DNA of 39,501 nucleotides from a virus (IMGVR_UViG_3300043447_000220:1-39501), one strand, 5' to 3'; positions 29,240 through 37,610 are shown, numbered from the stretch's first letter. Translations and numbers: made by a program. Notes: generated from the sequence alone by a model not told the origin.

Positions 29240-29859
29240 AGGAGTCCGATCACGTCGGGGTAGTGCTGCGCCAAGGCGACCTTGATTTGCTGCGCTACTT
29301 CGCGGTGCTCTTTCTGCGTCGAGGGGTCGAGGCGTACTTTGAGGTAGTGCAGCCAGCTTCGGAGGTTTCCCGTCATGTACATACGGCTCATTGTGTTGCC
29401 CTCTGGGAGCACAACACGAGCGCATTCCTTGGCGATGCCATTGGTGAGCGCCCAATTGTAGGCTTCCAATGCAACCTCAGTGGCGCGTTGCTGCTTGCGT
29501 ACCCACTCGTCTTGAAGCTCGCGGTCTTGCACCTCGATGCTGTTCTGGCGGTTCTTGTTGTCCTGCATTCGGCATTCGCGAACTGCGAACTGCGTTGCCA
29601 CTGCGTAGCGTTGGCTGAACTCTTGGAAAGAGAACGAGCGGTGACGCAGAATCTGACGTGCAATGTCGCGAGGCGTTTCAATCTCAACACAAGCGCTGAC
29701 CATCTCAAGCGGTGACCAATGCTCATGTTCAATGAGGTACTTGATCAGCTTGCTGCCAGTTGCCTTGTTGTCTTGGTTCGATGGGTTGCTCACACGAGCG
29801 ATGTATGCGGTCAGGTCTTGACCATTGGGCGTTGCCCAGATGAGTTTGACTTTGTTCAT
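29236..29859 (-). CDS. thyX: Flavin-dependent thymidylate synthase
   Basis: ARVSNP, HEHWSPLE, signature RHRSFSFQEFSQRY, KECARVVLP, TQKEHR; start ATG 29859. Confidence 0.95.
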   Translation of the reverse strand: MNKVKLIWATPNGQDLTAYIARVSNPSNQDNKATGSKLIKYLIEHEHWSPLEMVSACVEIETPRDIARQILRHRSFSFQEFSQRYAVATQFAVRECRMQDNKNRQNSIEVQDRELQDEWVRKQQRATEVALEAYNWALTNGIAKECARVVLPEGNTMSRMYMTGNLRSWLHYLKVRLDPSTQKEHREVAQQIKVALAQHYPDVIGLL

Positions 29860-30002
29860 TTCAGATTTAGGTAGAGTCCAATTTGTGCGAGGGCGTAACC
29901 GACCCACATGAGTCCGTTGCCCATTGCTCCTTTGTGCCATTGGAGGACACCTACGGTGAGGTATCCAATGCCAGTAGCGCTCACAATCAGCTTCTCAATC
30001 AT
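29856..30002 (-). CDS. Small membrane protein (48 aa, below the ORF-track cutoff)
   Basis: MIEKLIVSATGIGYLTVGVLQWHKGAMGNGLMWVGYALAQIGLYLNLK; AAGGAGG RBS; ATGA overlaps at both ends. Confidence 0.7.
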   Translation of the reverse strand: MIEKLIVSATGIGYLTVGVLQWHKGAMGNGLMWVGYALAQIGLYLNLK

Positions 30003-30208
30003 ACGTCCTCCTTAGGGACGTATTTGGTGTTGAGGGTAACAAAGCTGCCGTCTTTGTTGCGACGGATTACTCGCGAGGTTCGCACCATCCCACAACCAAG
30101 GTGTGGGTGGTCGAGGGCAAGCACACTTGCAACGATTGCCGCTGTACCGTGCCAATTGAAAAACTTAGGTTCTCCCGCGAAACGAACGATTGGTCTTATT
30201 TTTTTCAT
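29999..30208 (-). CDS. Hypothetical protein (69 aa)
   Basis: Start ATG 30208; LDHPHLG...VRTS.V......FVTLNTKY. Confidence 0.65.
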   Translation of the reverse strand: MKKIRPIVRFAGEPKFFNWHGTAAIVASVLALDHPHLGCGMVRTSRVIRRNKDGSFVTLNTKYVPKEDV

Positions 30209-30312
30209 AAAGGACTTTCTGGTAATTGCTGTCGCTGTTGTTGCTCGTATTCCTTGATCTGTTTTGCAGTCCAAGGCACAGCGCCTGTTGCTGGTGGGAA
30301 TGGGAATGTCAT
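30205..30312 (-). CDS. Small hypothetical protein (35 aa)
   Basis: MTFPFPPATGAVPWTAKQIKEYEQQQRQQLPESPL; AAGGA RBS; ATGA overlaps on both sides. Confidence 0.55.
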   Translation of the reverse strand: MTFPFPPATGAVPWTAKQIKEYEQQQRQQLPESPL

Positions 30313-30557
30313 TTCGTTTTTCCTTCAGCCAACATGAACTTGCCCAAGGCATGGAGCAGGTAGTCAGCCTCGGAGTAATCGAGGCACACGTAGTTGTCCT
30401 GCTGTGCTGAACTGAATGACGGAAAATGGGCGATGTACCCATTCTCCGTGTCCTTGACGGTGGCGAGGATTTCACCCTTCACGTTGCTGCACCACGAGCC
30501 GTGTTTGTGTGCGCGGATGATCACCTTGTTGCGCTTTTTCTTGATTGAATACTCCAC
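30309..30557 (-). CDS. Hypothetical protein (82 aa)
   Basis: GTG start with CAGGAG RBS immediately after the RNAP gene. Confidence 0.7.
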   Translation of the reverse strand: MEYSIKKKRNKVIIRAHKHGSWCSNVKGEILATVKDTENGYIAHFPSFSSAQQDNYVCLDYSEADYLLHALGKFMLAEGKTK

Positions 30558-30582
30558 TGTAGTTTCTCCTGTATCGTAACAA

Positions 30583-33027
30583 TTAAGCGAAGAAGAATTG
30601 AGAGTCCAAGACCTGATTCAGGTCGAGCTTCCCTTTGGATGGAACCTCAGGCACGTCATCAACAACCTCTAGGGCGTTCTGGCGGTACTGCTCCAGCACA
30701 TCGTTCTCCGTGTACATCTCGACGAAAGCCACGCGAATCAAACGAGCCAAGACAGGGGTGTCTGCGGCGTGTGTGCCGTAGCTGTCGTGAATCATTGCGA
30801 AGTCGTTGATGCCTTCTTTGATTGCTTTGGTGATAGTAATCGTCATTGCCGCAGCGTCCATTGAGTGAACGAAGTTGGGTGACGAGCCTTGCACTGCGCG
30901 GCGCTTGTCCAGTTTCTCCAAGTCAAGCTCGTTGAGCGTTGGCATGATGAGCGTGTTGTCGATGTAGGTCTTGATGCGGCGCTCCTCGACTGAGGGGTAC
31001 TGCTGCTGCACCACGAACCCAGATGGTGAAGTCCAGATGAGTGGGAGGTTGAGCTTTGACACTCGCGCTGCCACGTCTTGAATCCAATCCATTGCCTTGC
31101 GAGCAGACACCACGACTTCGCTGATCGCTTCCCACACGTACCCTGTGAGGTACTGCGAGGGTTTGAACAGGTCTTCGCCCCAAGGTGACTCGTGCCCATC
31201 CTCCATGCGCTCGATGATGTACTCCTCGATGTATGCGCGGCATGAGAACCGCTGCCCACCGTAGGGTACGACCATCACGGGGCGCTTGCAGGTCTTGCGG
31301 CTGATACCGAAGGCAAGCCACTGACGTGCCATCTCTGCATTCTCGCCGCTGCCCTCAGCATCATGCTTCACGTGCTCGATGACACGATTGGCGACGACTT
31401 GGTAGATGTCCTGTGGCTTCTCAAACGGGATGAGGTTGGTGGCAGCACCGCCCACTTCGTCCAGCAGTTGAGCGCTGAAGTGTTGCAAGCCGTTGTTGCT
31501 GCCGTCCATGCCGATGGGCAAGCTTGACATGAAGCCGAAGCCCTCGCGTGTGTACCCTGCCCACTCGAAGCAGAATGCGAGGAACATCCAAGGGTCATCA
31601 GCTTCCAACCACCAGCGGTTCTGCATGGGGTCATCAGCACACGCCACGATGCGGTCAGTGTTCGAGTACACGAACAGTTGGCGGTCAGTGAAGGACACCT
31701 TGTCGTTGCCGAAGCTGTTTGCGCCGTGGATTGCCAGCCAGCCAGCTTGCTCTTCGTTCTCGATGGGCTTGCCCTCAGCGAAGTGAAGCAGTGCCTTCGC
31801 GTAGGAGGTTCCCTGAGGGGACAGGAAGGGCACTACGGCGTACTTACGACCACGGAAGTCCATCTGGTACGGGAAGTAGAACTGGTCGTACTGTGAGAAG
31901 CGTTGAGCCAATTGCAGTGTACGTGCGAACTGGATGCGCTTGCTTTTGATGCGAGCGTTCTGCTGGTGCACACGCGAAGCCATGTGCTTCCATGCGACAA
32001 AGCGCTGGCGCTGGTCATCGGTCATCTCGTCCTTGTCCATGTTTGGGAATGGCGAAGGAGGAATCACGTTGTCGTTGCGCTGCGGCACACCCTTCCAAGG
32101 CTGTCCGCTTTCCCATGCTTGGTTCATCACATCCAAGAGGCGCTTGTTGACCGCCCACTTGGTGCGTTGCAGTGCGTTCACTGCTTCGTACTCCAGAGGC
32201 ATATCGTGGCTACGCATCTCTTCCACGTACTTGCGGTTGTACGTCTTGATGAGCGGCAGGGGGCGCAGGGTGTGGTAGTGGTAGCCGCCACCAGTAGGCT
32301 CAGTCCAATCCTTTGGAGGAACTACAGTAGGCAGAAAGAACGGGGACAGGAGTTCGCCATTGCGATTCACCTTTTCAATCCAATCAAGAGTCTTTTCAGT
32401 TGCAGACACATAGGTCTGACGGTGCTTGCGCCCGTACACCTGAGTCTTGACTTCGATGATACCCGTTTTCGACACCAGCAAATCGATGAGCTTACAGCCC
32501 AAGGACAGCTTGTCGGTCTTGCTCCACGGCTCGTACTCCACGAGCGCTTTCTTGTTCATCGTGTGGATGATTGCGTAGCGTCTGAAGTGACGATTTGAGG
32601 TGCGCTTGGTCACTTCGTTTCGAATGACACGAAACCAAGCTTTCTCTTTCTCTTCGAAGATGGAGAACTTGAACTCGTCCTCCAGTGCGCCGCCAATGGT
32701 CATAGCCACCTTGGTGAGGGAGCTACGGTTGGAGACACCATCGATCACCATCTTCAAGGTCAGGAATGCTGCCTTGTGAGGGTCGAGGCTGTTGAGCATA
32801 GGCGCAGTGAGGTGAGACCTCCCCTTACCGCCTTTGAAAGCGTCTTCTAAGAACTCTTTGATACCGTCTACTACTGCTTCAACTGAGTGTTTCATCAGAG
32901 TAATACCGTATAAGGTACTAGATTCAGACTTACTAGACTTAGCTTTTTCTAAGTTCTTATAGTAAGAATGTACTGTTACGTCTTTCATCTCTTCTTCTAG
33001 AGACTTCTGTTCATCCCATAAGTTCAT
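30583..33027 (-). CDS. Single-subunit DNA-directed RNA polymerase, gp1-like (814 aa)
   Basis: DFRGRKY, motif A DGSNNGLQH, motif B RKTCKRPVMVVPYG, PNFVHSMDA, motif C IHDSYG, C-terminal FFFA. Confidence 0.98.
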   Translation of the reverse strand: MNLWDEQKSLEEEMKDVTVHSYYKNLEKAKSSKSESSTLYGITLMKHSVEAVVDGIKEFLEDAFKGGKGRSHLTAPMLNSLDPHKAAFLTLKMVIDGVSNRSSLTKVAMTIGGALEDEFKFSIFEEKEKAWFRVIRNEVTKRTSNRHFRRYAIIHTMNKKALVEYEPWSKTDKLSLGCKLIDLLVSKTGIIEVKTQVYGRKHRQTYVSATEKTLDWIEKVNRNGELLSPFFLPTVVPPKDWTEPTGGGYHYHTLRPLPLIKTYNRKYVEEMRSHDMPLEYEAVNALQRTKWAVNKRLLDVMNQAWESGQPWKGVPQRNDNVIPPSPFPNMDKDEMTDDQRQRFVAWKHMASRVHQQNARIKSKRIQFARTLQLAQRFSQYDQFYFPYQMDFRGRKYAVVPFLSPQGTSYAKALLHFAEGKPIENEEQAGWLAIHGANSFGNDKVSFTDRQLFVYSNTDRIVACADDPMQNRWWLEADDPWMFLAFCFEWAGYTREGFGFMSSLPIGMDGSNNGLQHFSAQLLDEVGGAATNLIPFEKPQDIYQVVANRVIEHVKHDAEGSGENAEMARQWLAFGISRKTCKRPVMVVPYGGQRFSCRAYIEEYIIERMEDGHESPWGEDLFKPSQYLTGYVWEAISEVVVSARKAMDWIQDVAARVSKLNLPLIWTSPSGFVVQQQYPSVEERRIKTYIDNTLIMPTLNELDLEKLDKRRAVQGSSPNFVHSMDAAAMTITITKAIKEGINDFAMIHDSYGTHAADTPVLARLIRVAFVEMYTENDVLEQYRQNALEVVDDVPEVPSKGKLDLNQVLDSQFFFA

Positions 33028-33046
33028 GTACTCTCCTGTTACTGGG

Positions 33047-33067
33047 GTTTGTCTGGGCGATAACGCT
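33047..33067 (-). promoter_or_regulatory. Conserved motif AGCGTTATCGCCCAGACAAAC directly upstream of the RNAP gene
   Basis: Third copy of the motif, ending about 20 bp before the RNAP ATG. Confidence 0.7.
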
Positions 33068-33082
33068 GATCAATTGAAAACC

Positions 33083-33346
33083 CATGCCACGTTGTACGCC
33101 ACATGGGGGTGTCGAGCCACAAAATCTGTACGGTATCGTAACGATTCAGTGAAGCGACATCCTGCGAAGAATTATAGCAGAGATTTCAATCGTTTGGGGA
33201 ATATGTACGCAAGAGAAAGGTTGTGGCAGTGGATTTTGAGTCTGGTGCGGGTGGTCGGATTCGAACCGACACGCTTGAAAAGCAAGGGTTTTTGAGACCC
33301 TCGTGTCTACCGTTCCACCACACCCGCGCCACATCCAATGCCACAA
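33083..33346. other. Putative attP region: GCCAC(A) arm-type repeats and an IHF-like site around tRNA-Leu
   Basis: GCCAC-N7-GCCAC pairs at 33086-33102 and 33328-33344; single copies at 33116 and 33221 (inverted); IHF-like TTTCAATCGTTTG at 33184-33196; lies between integrase and RNAP. Confidence 0.6.
33243..33327 (-). tRNA. tRNA-Leu(CAA), complete with CCA
   Basis: GCGGGTG acceptor, anticodon arm AGGGT-CTCAAAA-ACCCT, long variable arm, GTCGG-TTCGAAT-CCGAC T arm, ACCA end; 85 nt. Confidence 0.93.
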
Positions 33347-33363
33347 CTTGGGCGCGTTAGATT

Positions 33364-34341
33364 TTAATCTAGCACCCGAATCGCGTCCACAAGATTGGAT
33401 GGAGCGAGGTGGGCATAGCGCATTGTCATCTGGATTGTCGAGTGGTTCAGCAGCTTGCTCACGGTCTGGATGGGGATGCCCCGCTGGACAAGTCGTGAGG
33501 CGAAGGTGTGACGCAGTGTGTGCAACGACACATCCTCAAGCTGTAGATGCTCCACAGCCCTGCTAAAACGCTTCTGGAGCGCGTCGTAGGGGGTTGGGAA
33601 TAGCTTACCCGCACCATACTCCGAAATGCGCTTTTGGATGATAGTTGAGGCTCGCTTGGTGAGAGGGATGGTGTGCTCCTTCCCGTTCTTGGTGTCCCAG
33701 ATGGTGACCTGACCATTGCGAACGTCCTTACCCTCCAACTTCATCAGTTCCCCACAGCGCATCCCTGTGTCGAGCAGCACCGCGCAGCACTCGAAGAGGT
33801 CATGGTCTGACCATTGGATGGCAATTAGCTCGATAAGGGTGTCCTCCTCACCCTTTGTAAGGAAACGCAAACGCCCTTGGCTTTCCTTCTGGCGAGGGAT
33901 GTAGGGCAGTTTGTCGAGCGCCTCGGATTGCATCGCATACTTGAGAACCTTGGACAGCGCCGACAGCTTGCGGTTGACCGTACCATTGGAGTTGCGCTGG
34001 TTCTTAAGATGTTCGATGTACATAGCGACACGTTGCGTAGTAATTTCGCTTACGTACACATTGCGACCAAAAAATGAGAGGGCAGCGGTGCAGTTCAGCG
34101 CCACCGACTTCTCGCCTTTGGTGTCTTTCCAGTGGGCTGCATGGCAGCGATCCACGGCTTGCAAAAGTGTCCAATCCTTGGAGCCGATTACTTGAGGAGC
34201 CTCCCTGCCCTCCAAGATAGCCAGTTTGGTTGCCGCTTTCCAACGCTCTGCCTCGTCGCGTGTGGGCAGAATGCGGCGTTTACGTACCCCATTCACCGCA
34301 ACATATGCCTCGAATCCCTTACCTCGTGCTGTGATGCTCAT
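33364..34341 (-). CDS. int: Tyrosine recombinase / integrase (325 aa)
   Basis: Catalytic R (TGMRCGEL), K (DTKNG), HxxR (HTLRH), H (LLNH), Y (MRYAH) all intact. Confidence 0.95.
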   Translation of the reverse strand: MSITARGKGFEAYVAVNGVRKRRILPTRDEAERWKAATKLAILEGREAPQVIGSKDWTLLQAVDRCHAAHWKDTKGEKSVALNCTAALSFFGRNVYVSEITTQRVAMYIEHLKNQRNSNGTVNRKLSALSKVLKYAMQSEALDKLPYIPRQKESQGRLRFLTKGEEDTLIELIAIQWSDHDLFECCAVLLDTGMRCGELMKLEGKDVRNGQVTIWDTKNGKEHTIPLTKRASTIIQKRISEYGAGKLFPTPYDALQKRFSRAVEHLQLEDVSLHTLRHTFASRLVQRGIPIQTVSKLLNHSTIQMTMRYAHLAPSNLVDAIRVLD

Positions 34342-34688
34342 CCTATGATCTCCTGAAGTGTTTGAAGCACCCGCTTACCCTTGGGGGTGAGCGTGATGCG
34401 CTTGCGAACTCTGAACATTGGGTCTTCCACTGTCTCCAGTAGTCCATGCCCTCCCTGTGATTTTACACCAAATTCCGTCAGCTTGCTGATGTTTCGTGAA
34501 GCAGCCGCTGACGACACATCGAGAGCCTCGCCAATGTCCTTGATGGACACGCCTTCGGGCTTGTCAGCGAGACTCGCGGTGTAGAGGAACGACAGTACCG
34601 TTTGTACAGGCATCTCAGGGTCAAACTTCCTGAACTCCTCGACTGCTCTGATGAGCCTTTGGAGTGCCTTGCGGTCTATTTGTGCCAT
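34338..34688 (-). CDS. MarR-family winged-helix transcriptional regulator
   Basis: Start ATG 34688; SIKDIGEALDVSSAAASRNISKL HTH and EDPMFRVRKRITLTPKG wing; ATGA coupling to int. Confidence 0.88.
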   Translation of the reverse strand: MAQIDRKALQRLIRAVEEFRKFDPEMPVQTVLSFLYTASLADKPEGVSIKDIGEALDVSSAAASRNISKLTEFGVKSQGGHGLLETVEDPMFRVRKRITLTPKGKRVLQTLQEIIG

Positions 34689-34816
34689 GACATTACCATG
34701 AGGTAGTGGAGGAAGTGCACGTACAGGTCGTTGCCGTCCCATTCGTACGCTACTACATATCTTACGCTACCGCAACGAGTGATTGACAGGTCTACTATGC
34801 GTGTGGTGATGAACAC
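34676..34816 (-). CDS. Small hypothetical protein (46 aa, below the ORF-track cutoff)
   Basis: GGGAGG RBS then GTG 34816: MFITTRIVDLSITRCGSVRYVVAYEWDGNDLYVHFLHYLMVMSWHK; overlaps the marR start. Confidence 0.5.
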   Translation of the reverse strand: MFITTRIVDLSITRCGSVRYVVAYEWDGNDLYVHFLHYLMVMSWHK

Positions 34817-35048
34817 TTGTGCCTCCCAGTTGGAGGAGGCGTTTTAGGCGTAGGAGTCTAATAATCTGTTGACGATGATTTCTGACCCAGATCAGATTTT
34901 TGAAATTTGAAATTTGGAAAGGAGTCAAACTCTGGGGGCAGAAAATAAAGCACCCCCTGTACCCCATGATAGTATTGCCCTCGTAGCCCTAGCGCGAAGC
35001 GCTCACTTGTGGCTGTTGGCGAGCGTAGCGAGCGCCAATCTGGAGCAG

Positions 35049-35079
35049 AAAAAAACCCAAGCCGAAGCTTGGGCTTTTT
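35049..35079 (-). terminator. Intrinsic terminator ending the early cluster (possibly bidirectional)
   Basis: Minus strand CCCAAGC-TTCG-GCTTGGG-TTTTTTT; a T-run also follows the hairpin on the plus strand. Confidence 0.85.
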
Positions 35080-35173
35080 ACTTGCGACGGATCATGTCAA
35101 TGATGCCGAGTGCAAGGAAGATGAAGCATATAATCCAATAGATTATTGTGAAGCCTTGTTTGTCAATGAGCAT
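35078..35173 (-). CDS. Small membrane peptide (31 aa)
   Basis: MLIDKQGFTIIYWIICFIFLALGIIDMIRRK; overlaps the upstream stop. Confidence 0.5.
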   Translation of the reverse strand: MLIDKQGFTIIYWIICFIFLALGIIDMIRRK

Positions 35174-35819
35174 GGTAGGAGATTGTGTGAATCTCCCTGT
35201 TCCAACAAGCGCGGCAGTCTTTGCATTGGTTGCCCTGATACGGAGCGCGGCATTCGAAACCAAGCGGCTCGTTAGTGTGAACCACTGATGAGTGCTTGAA
35301 GCGTCGAGGAGCGCGTTCGCCTATTTGGTGCGCGGATACACGCACAATGAGGTTGTCAGGGAAGTCGCCAAACTTTGCAATGAATTGGTCAATGGTACGG
35401 AACTCACGTGTAGGCAACCAGTGGGTGACCTGAGGTGTGAGTTCAGCAACTTTGACAATTTTGAGCAAGTGACCGAGCGATTGAATGTCGCCGCTGTCGT
35501 GCCATCTGAAGTAGTCATTGCCTGTTGAAGCAATGAGCGAAGCCATTGCGTACTCCCATCGAGGGTCGTCGATAGAAGCAGCGCGACGCTGCATTGCAGC
35601 TTGCACGTTGGGGAACACATAGCGTCCCTTGAGTGCGTAGCACTTAGAGCATACCGAGTTTTCGACGTAGCGCAGCACTGAACCAGTGATGCACATCTTG
35701 GCAGGGATGCTGTAGCCGTGGCACGGCATTTTGCTTGGAGCAGAGAGTGTACCGACAATAGATTCGGCTTGTTTGCGAGTGAAGTGCATAGGCACGATAG
35801 AGATAGACTGTTGCATCAT
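35163..35819 (-). CDS. Gp88-like Cys-rich (radical-SAM-like) phage protein (218 aa)
   Basis: LSAPSKMP..YSIPA..C..G......SVCSKCYA.KG.Y, YFRWHDSGD, HWLPTRE, C-terminal C..QC..CRACW. Confidence 0.75.
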   Translation of the reverse strand: MMQQSISIVPMHFTRKQAESIVGTLSAPSKMPCHGYSIPAKMCITGSVLRYVENSVCSKCYALKGRYVFPNVQAAMQRRAASIDDPRWEYAMASLIASTGNDYFRWHDSGDIQSLGHLLKIVKVAELTPQVTHWLPTREFRTIDQFIAKFGDFPDNLIVRVSAHQIGERAPRRFKHSSVVHTNEPLGFECRAPYQGNQCKDCRACWNREIHTISYHAH

Positions 35820-36013
35820 GCCACCTGCTTGATGCTATAGCCCTCTGGTGCGAGTGCATTCCATACGGAGTAGTCTGGGTCGAGGCGTGAAGCCATGCTA
35901 TGCAGTGCTTGGCGCTGCTCACGACCACGAGTCCATTCGCTGTGGCTGTCGGAGTACTCGAACGTCCAATCGTGACGAGCGAGTGCTGTTTTGTATTGTT
36001 CCATATCTGACAT
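35816..36013 (-). CDS. Early hypothetical protein (65 aa)
   Basis: AGGAG-AACTATC-ATG start; LARHDWTFEYSD motif. Confidence 0.75.
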   Translation of the reverse strand: MSDMEQYKTALARHDWTFEYSDSHSEWTRGREQRQALHSMASRLDPDYSVWNALAPEGYSIKQVA

Positions 36014-36038
36014 GATAGTTCTCCTAGTTGGTTGGTGA

Positions 36039-36260
36039 TTAAGCTACGATTTCTACTTCTGCTTCGGTCTGAATCCAGACGTGAGCACCGCAAGAGAGCG
36101 GTTTATCAGGCGAGTACACGATGGATGACTCGCCATGAATCTTGACTTTGTGTGCATAGGTGTTTGACTTGTAGGTCTTGACTGTGAGCACTGGATTGTT
36201 TTCGCCATTGGCGCGATTGGCTTTGATGACGTGTTGGTTGACGTGAATGATAGTTTTCAT
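36039..36260 (-). CDS. Early hypothetical protein (73 aa)
   Basis: GGAGG RBS; IHVNQHVIKAN...PLSCGAHVWI. Confidence 0.75.
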   Translation of the reverse strand: MKTIIHVNQHVIKANRANGENNPVLTVKTYKSNTYAHKVKIHGESSIVYSPDKPLSCGAHVWIQTEAEVEIVA

Positions 36261-36451
36261 TTGAGTGCCTCCACATCAGCGGTGACCTGAGCGAGCACCG
36301 CATCGCGTGTGCCGCGATAGCCCATATCTTTGAGAATAGCGTACGCTGTACGTCCGCGACTGACGCGCATACCGCGCAGTTCTAAGCGCAATGCGGAGCG
36401 CAGCGTAGCGAGGCGAAATGTGTTGATTTGATCACCGACGAGGACGCTCAT
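36257..36451 (-). CDS. Early hypothetical protein (64 aa)
   Basis: GGAGG RBS; ATGA couplings. Confidence 0.7.
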   Translation of the reverse strand: MSVLVGDQINTFRLATLRSALRLELRGMRVSRGRTAYAILKDMGYRGTRDAVLAQVTADVEALK

Positions 36452-36627
36452 ACAGCCTCCACACGGTACTCACGCTTGATAGCGCGACGGATGATGATCA
36501 TTGTGCCAAATACAGGGTCGTGTAGACCAGAAGCTTTGGCAGCTTTGAGAGTTTTGAAGGTGTGCTCGACACCATCTTGTTTGATAACCCAAACGACACG
36601 TTTGGTAGTTTTTTGCAGATCGTACAT
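36448..36627 (-). CDS. Early hypothetical protein (59 aa)
   Basis: GGAG-AACTATC-ATG at 36627. Confidence 0.7.
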   Translation of the reverse strand: MYDLQKTTKRVVWVIKQDGVEHTFKTLKAAKASGLHDPVFGTMIIIRRAIKREYRVEAV

Positions 36628-36677
36628 GATAGTTCTCCAATGAAGTGACTGAATGGGAGCCGAAGCTCCCGTGAATT

Positions 36678-37052
36678 TTACCACCAAGAATCGTAGTAAA
36701 CCTCTTGACCCGCATTGAGCGCAGTGAGTGCTTTGCCAATGAAGGTGTATGTTTCTTCAATGTCTTCGGGATAGATTTCCTGTGTGCCAAAGAAGAAACC
36801 TTGGCATGGCGTGAGACGATTGAGGATGATGTCCTGTTGCAGGTTGAACAGATCAGCTTTGTGCAGACGCAATGGTTGGCAATTGAAGTCACCAGTGCCA
36901 CCACGACGTTCGAATAGCTGCTGCATCCAGCCATGCAGCGCATTGAATTTACGCCAGTAGGCAATGTCTTCGCGTTCGACACCCTCAGCGATAGAGAGTT
37001 CGGTGTTGTCAGGGTTGTTAGCCACTGCGTATGCGTACATATCGAGACCCAT
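36678..37052 (-). CDS. Conserved phage early protein (MGLDMY...YWRK.N.LHGW...YYDSWW type)
   Basis: AAGGAG-CACTATC-ATG at 37052; recognisable motif pattern. Confidence 0.8.
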   Translation of the reverse strand: MGLDMYAYAVANNPDNTELSIAEGVEREDIAYWRKFNALHGWMQQLFERRGGTGDFNCQPLRLHKADLFNLQQDIILNRLTPCQGFFFGTQEIYPEDIEETYTFIGKALTALNAGQEVYYDSWW

Positions 37053-37063
37053 GATAGTGCTCC

Positions 37064-37348
37064 TTAAGCGTAGGTGATGATTTCGTTGCCGCACTTGAGG
37101 CGTTTGACGTTGCCAGCTTTGAAAGCACGGATGCAGTCGTCTTTGCCGTTGCGGTGGAGCAGATTGTTTTCGAGCACTGGGTAGTGACCGCGAATCATCT
37201 GAGGTGTGTAGAGAGTCTTGCAATTGAGCGTACGCTCGCGACCATCAACAGTGATGAACGTGATGGAGAAGATGCGACCACGTGTGTTACGCAAGAAGAT
37301 GAAGACAGATATGATTTTCTTGATCTGTTCGATACGAGATGAAAACAT
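37064..37348 (-). CDS. Early protein, possible SH3/WYL_2-like fold (94 aa)
   Basis: GRIFSITFITVDGRERTLNC...IRAFK pattern; AAGGA-ACTATC-ATG. Confidence 0.65.
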   Translation of the reverse strand: MFSSRIEQIKKIISVFIFLRNTRGRIFSITFITVDGRERTLNCKTLYTPQMIRGHYPVLENNLLHRNGKDDCIRAFKAGNVKRLKCGNEIITYA

Positions 37349-37376
37349 GATAGTTCCTTAGAAGTAGTTAGTACGA

Positions 37377-37610
37377 TTAAGCATCAACAAAGTCACGAAG
37401 CTTCATTTGTGCTTCGGTGTATTCCAGACGCACCCATTTGTTGTCGATGAGTACGGCTGCAATGTCGTGAGCATAGATAGAACCTGTCTCGGTGTAGTGA
37501 CCTTCGACAGTAGCCATGCGGATGTTGCCTTTGCGATTGTCTTCGATGGTTGCTTCCCAACCGTTGCGAAGGACGATACGCATACCTTTTTTCAAGTCGT
37601 TCGTTTTCAT
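37377..37610 (-). CDS. Early hypothetical protein (77 aa)
   Basis: GAGG RBS; ATGA coupling. Confidence 0.7.
   Translation of the reverse strand: MKTNDLKKGMRIVLRNGWEATIEDNRKGNIRMATVEGHYTETGSIYAHDIAAVLIDNKWVRLEYTEAQMKLRDFVDA

Noticed and set aside
44-33000. Numerous plus-strand ORFs (e.g. 44-811, 1931-3085, 4427-5323, 13299-14309)
   Set aside because: Antisense shadows of well-supported minus-strand genes, with no recognisable domains; T7-like genomes are transcribed from one strand.
34767-34967. 66-aa minus-strand ORF MGYRGCFIF...
   Set aside because: Has an ACTATC-ATG start but crosses an AT-rich regulatory-looking region, overlaps a better small ORF and has no protein-like features; not listed as a CDS.
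36655-36670. GGGAGC-TTCG-GCTCCC hairpin as a terminator
   Set aside because: No U-tract follows; more likely a stabilising or processing hairpin, and its function cannot be supported.
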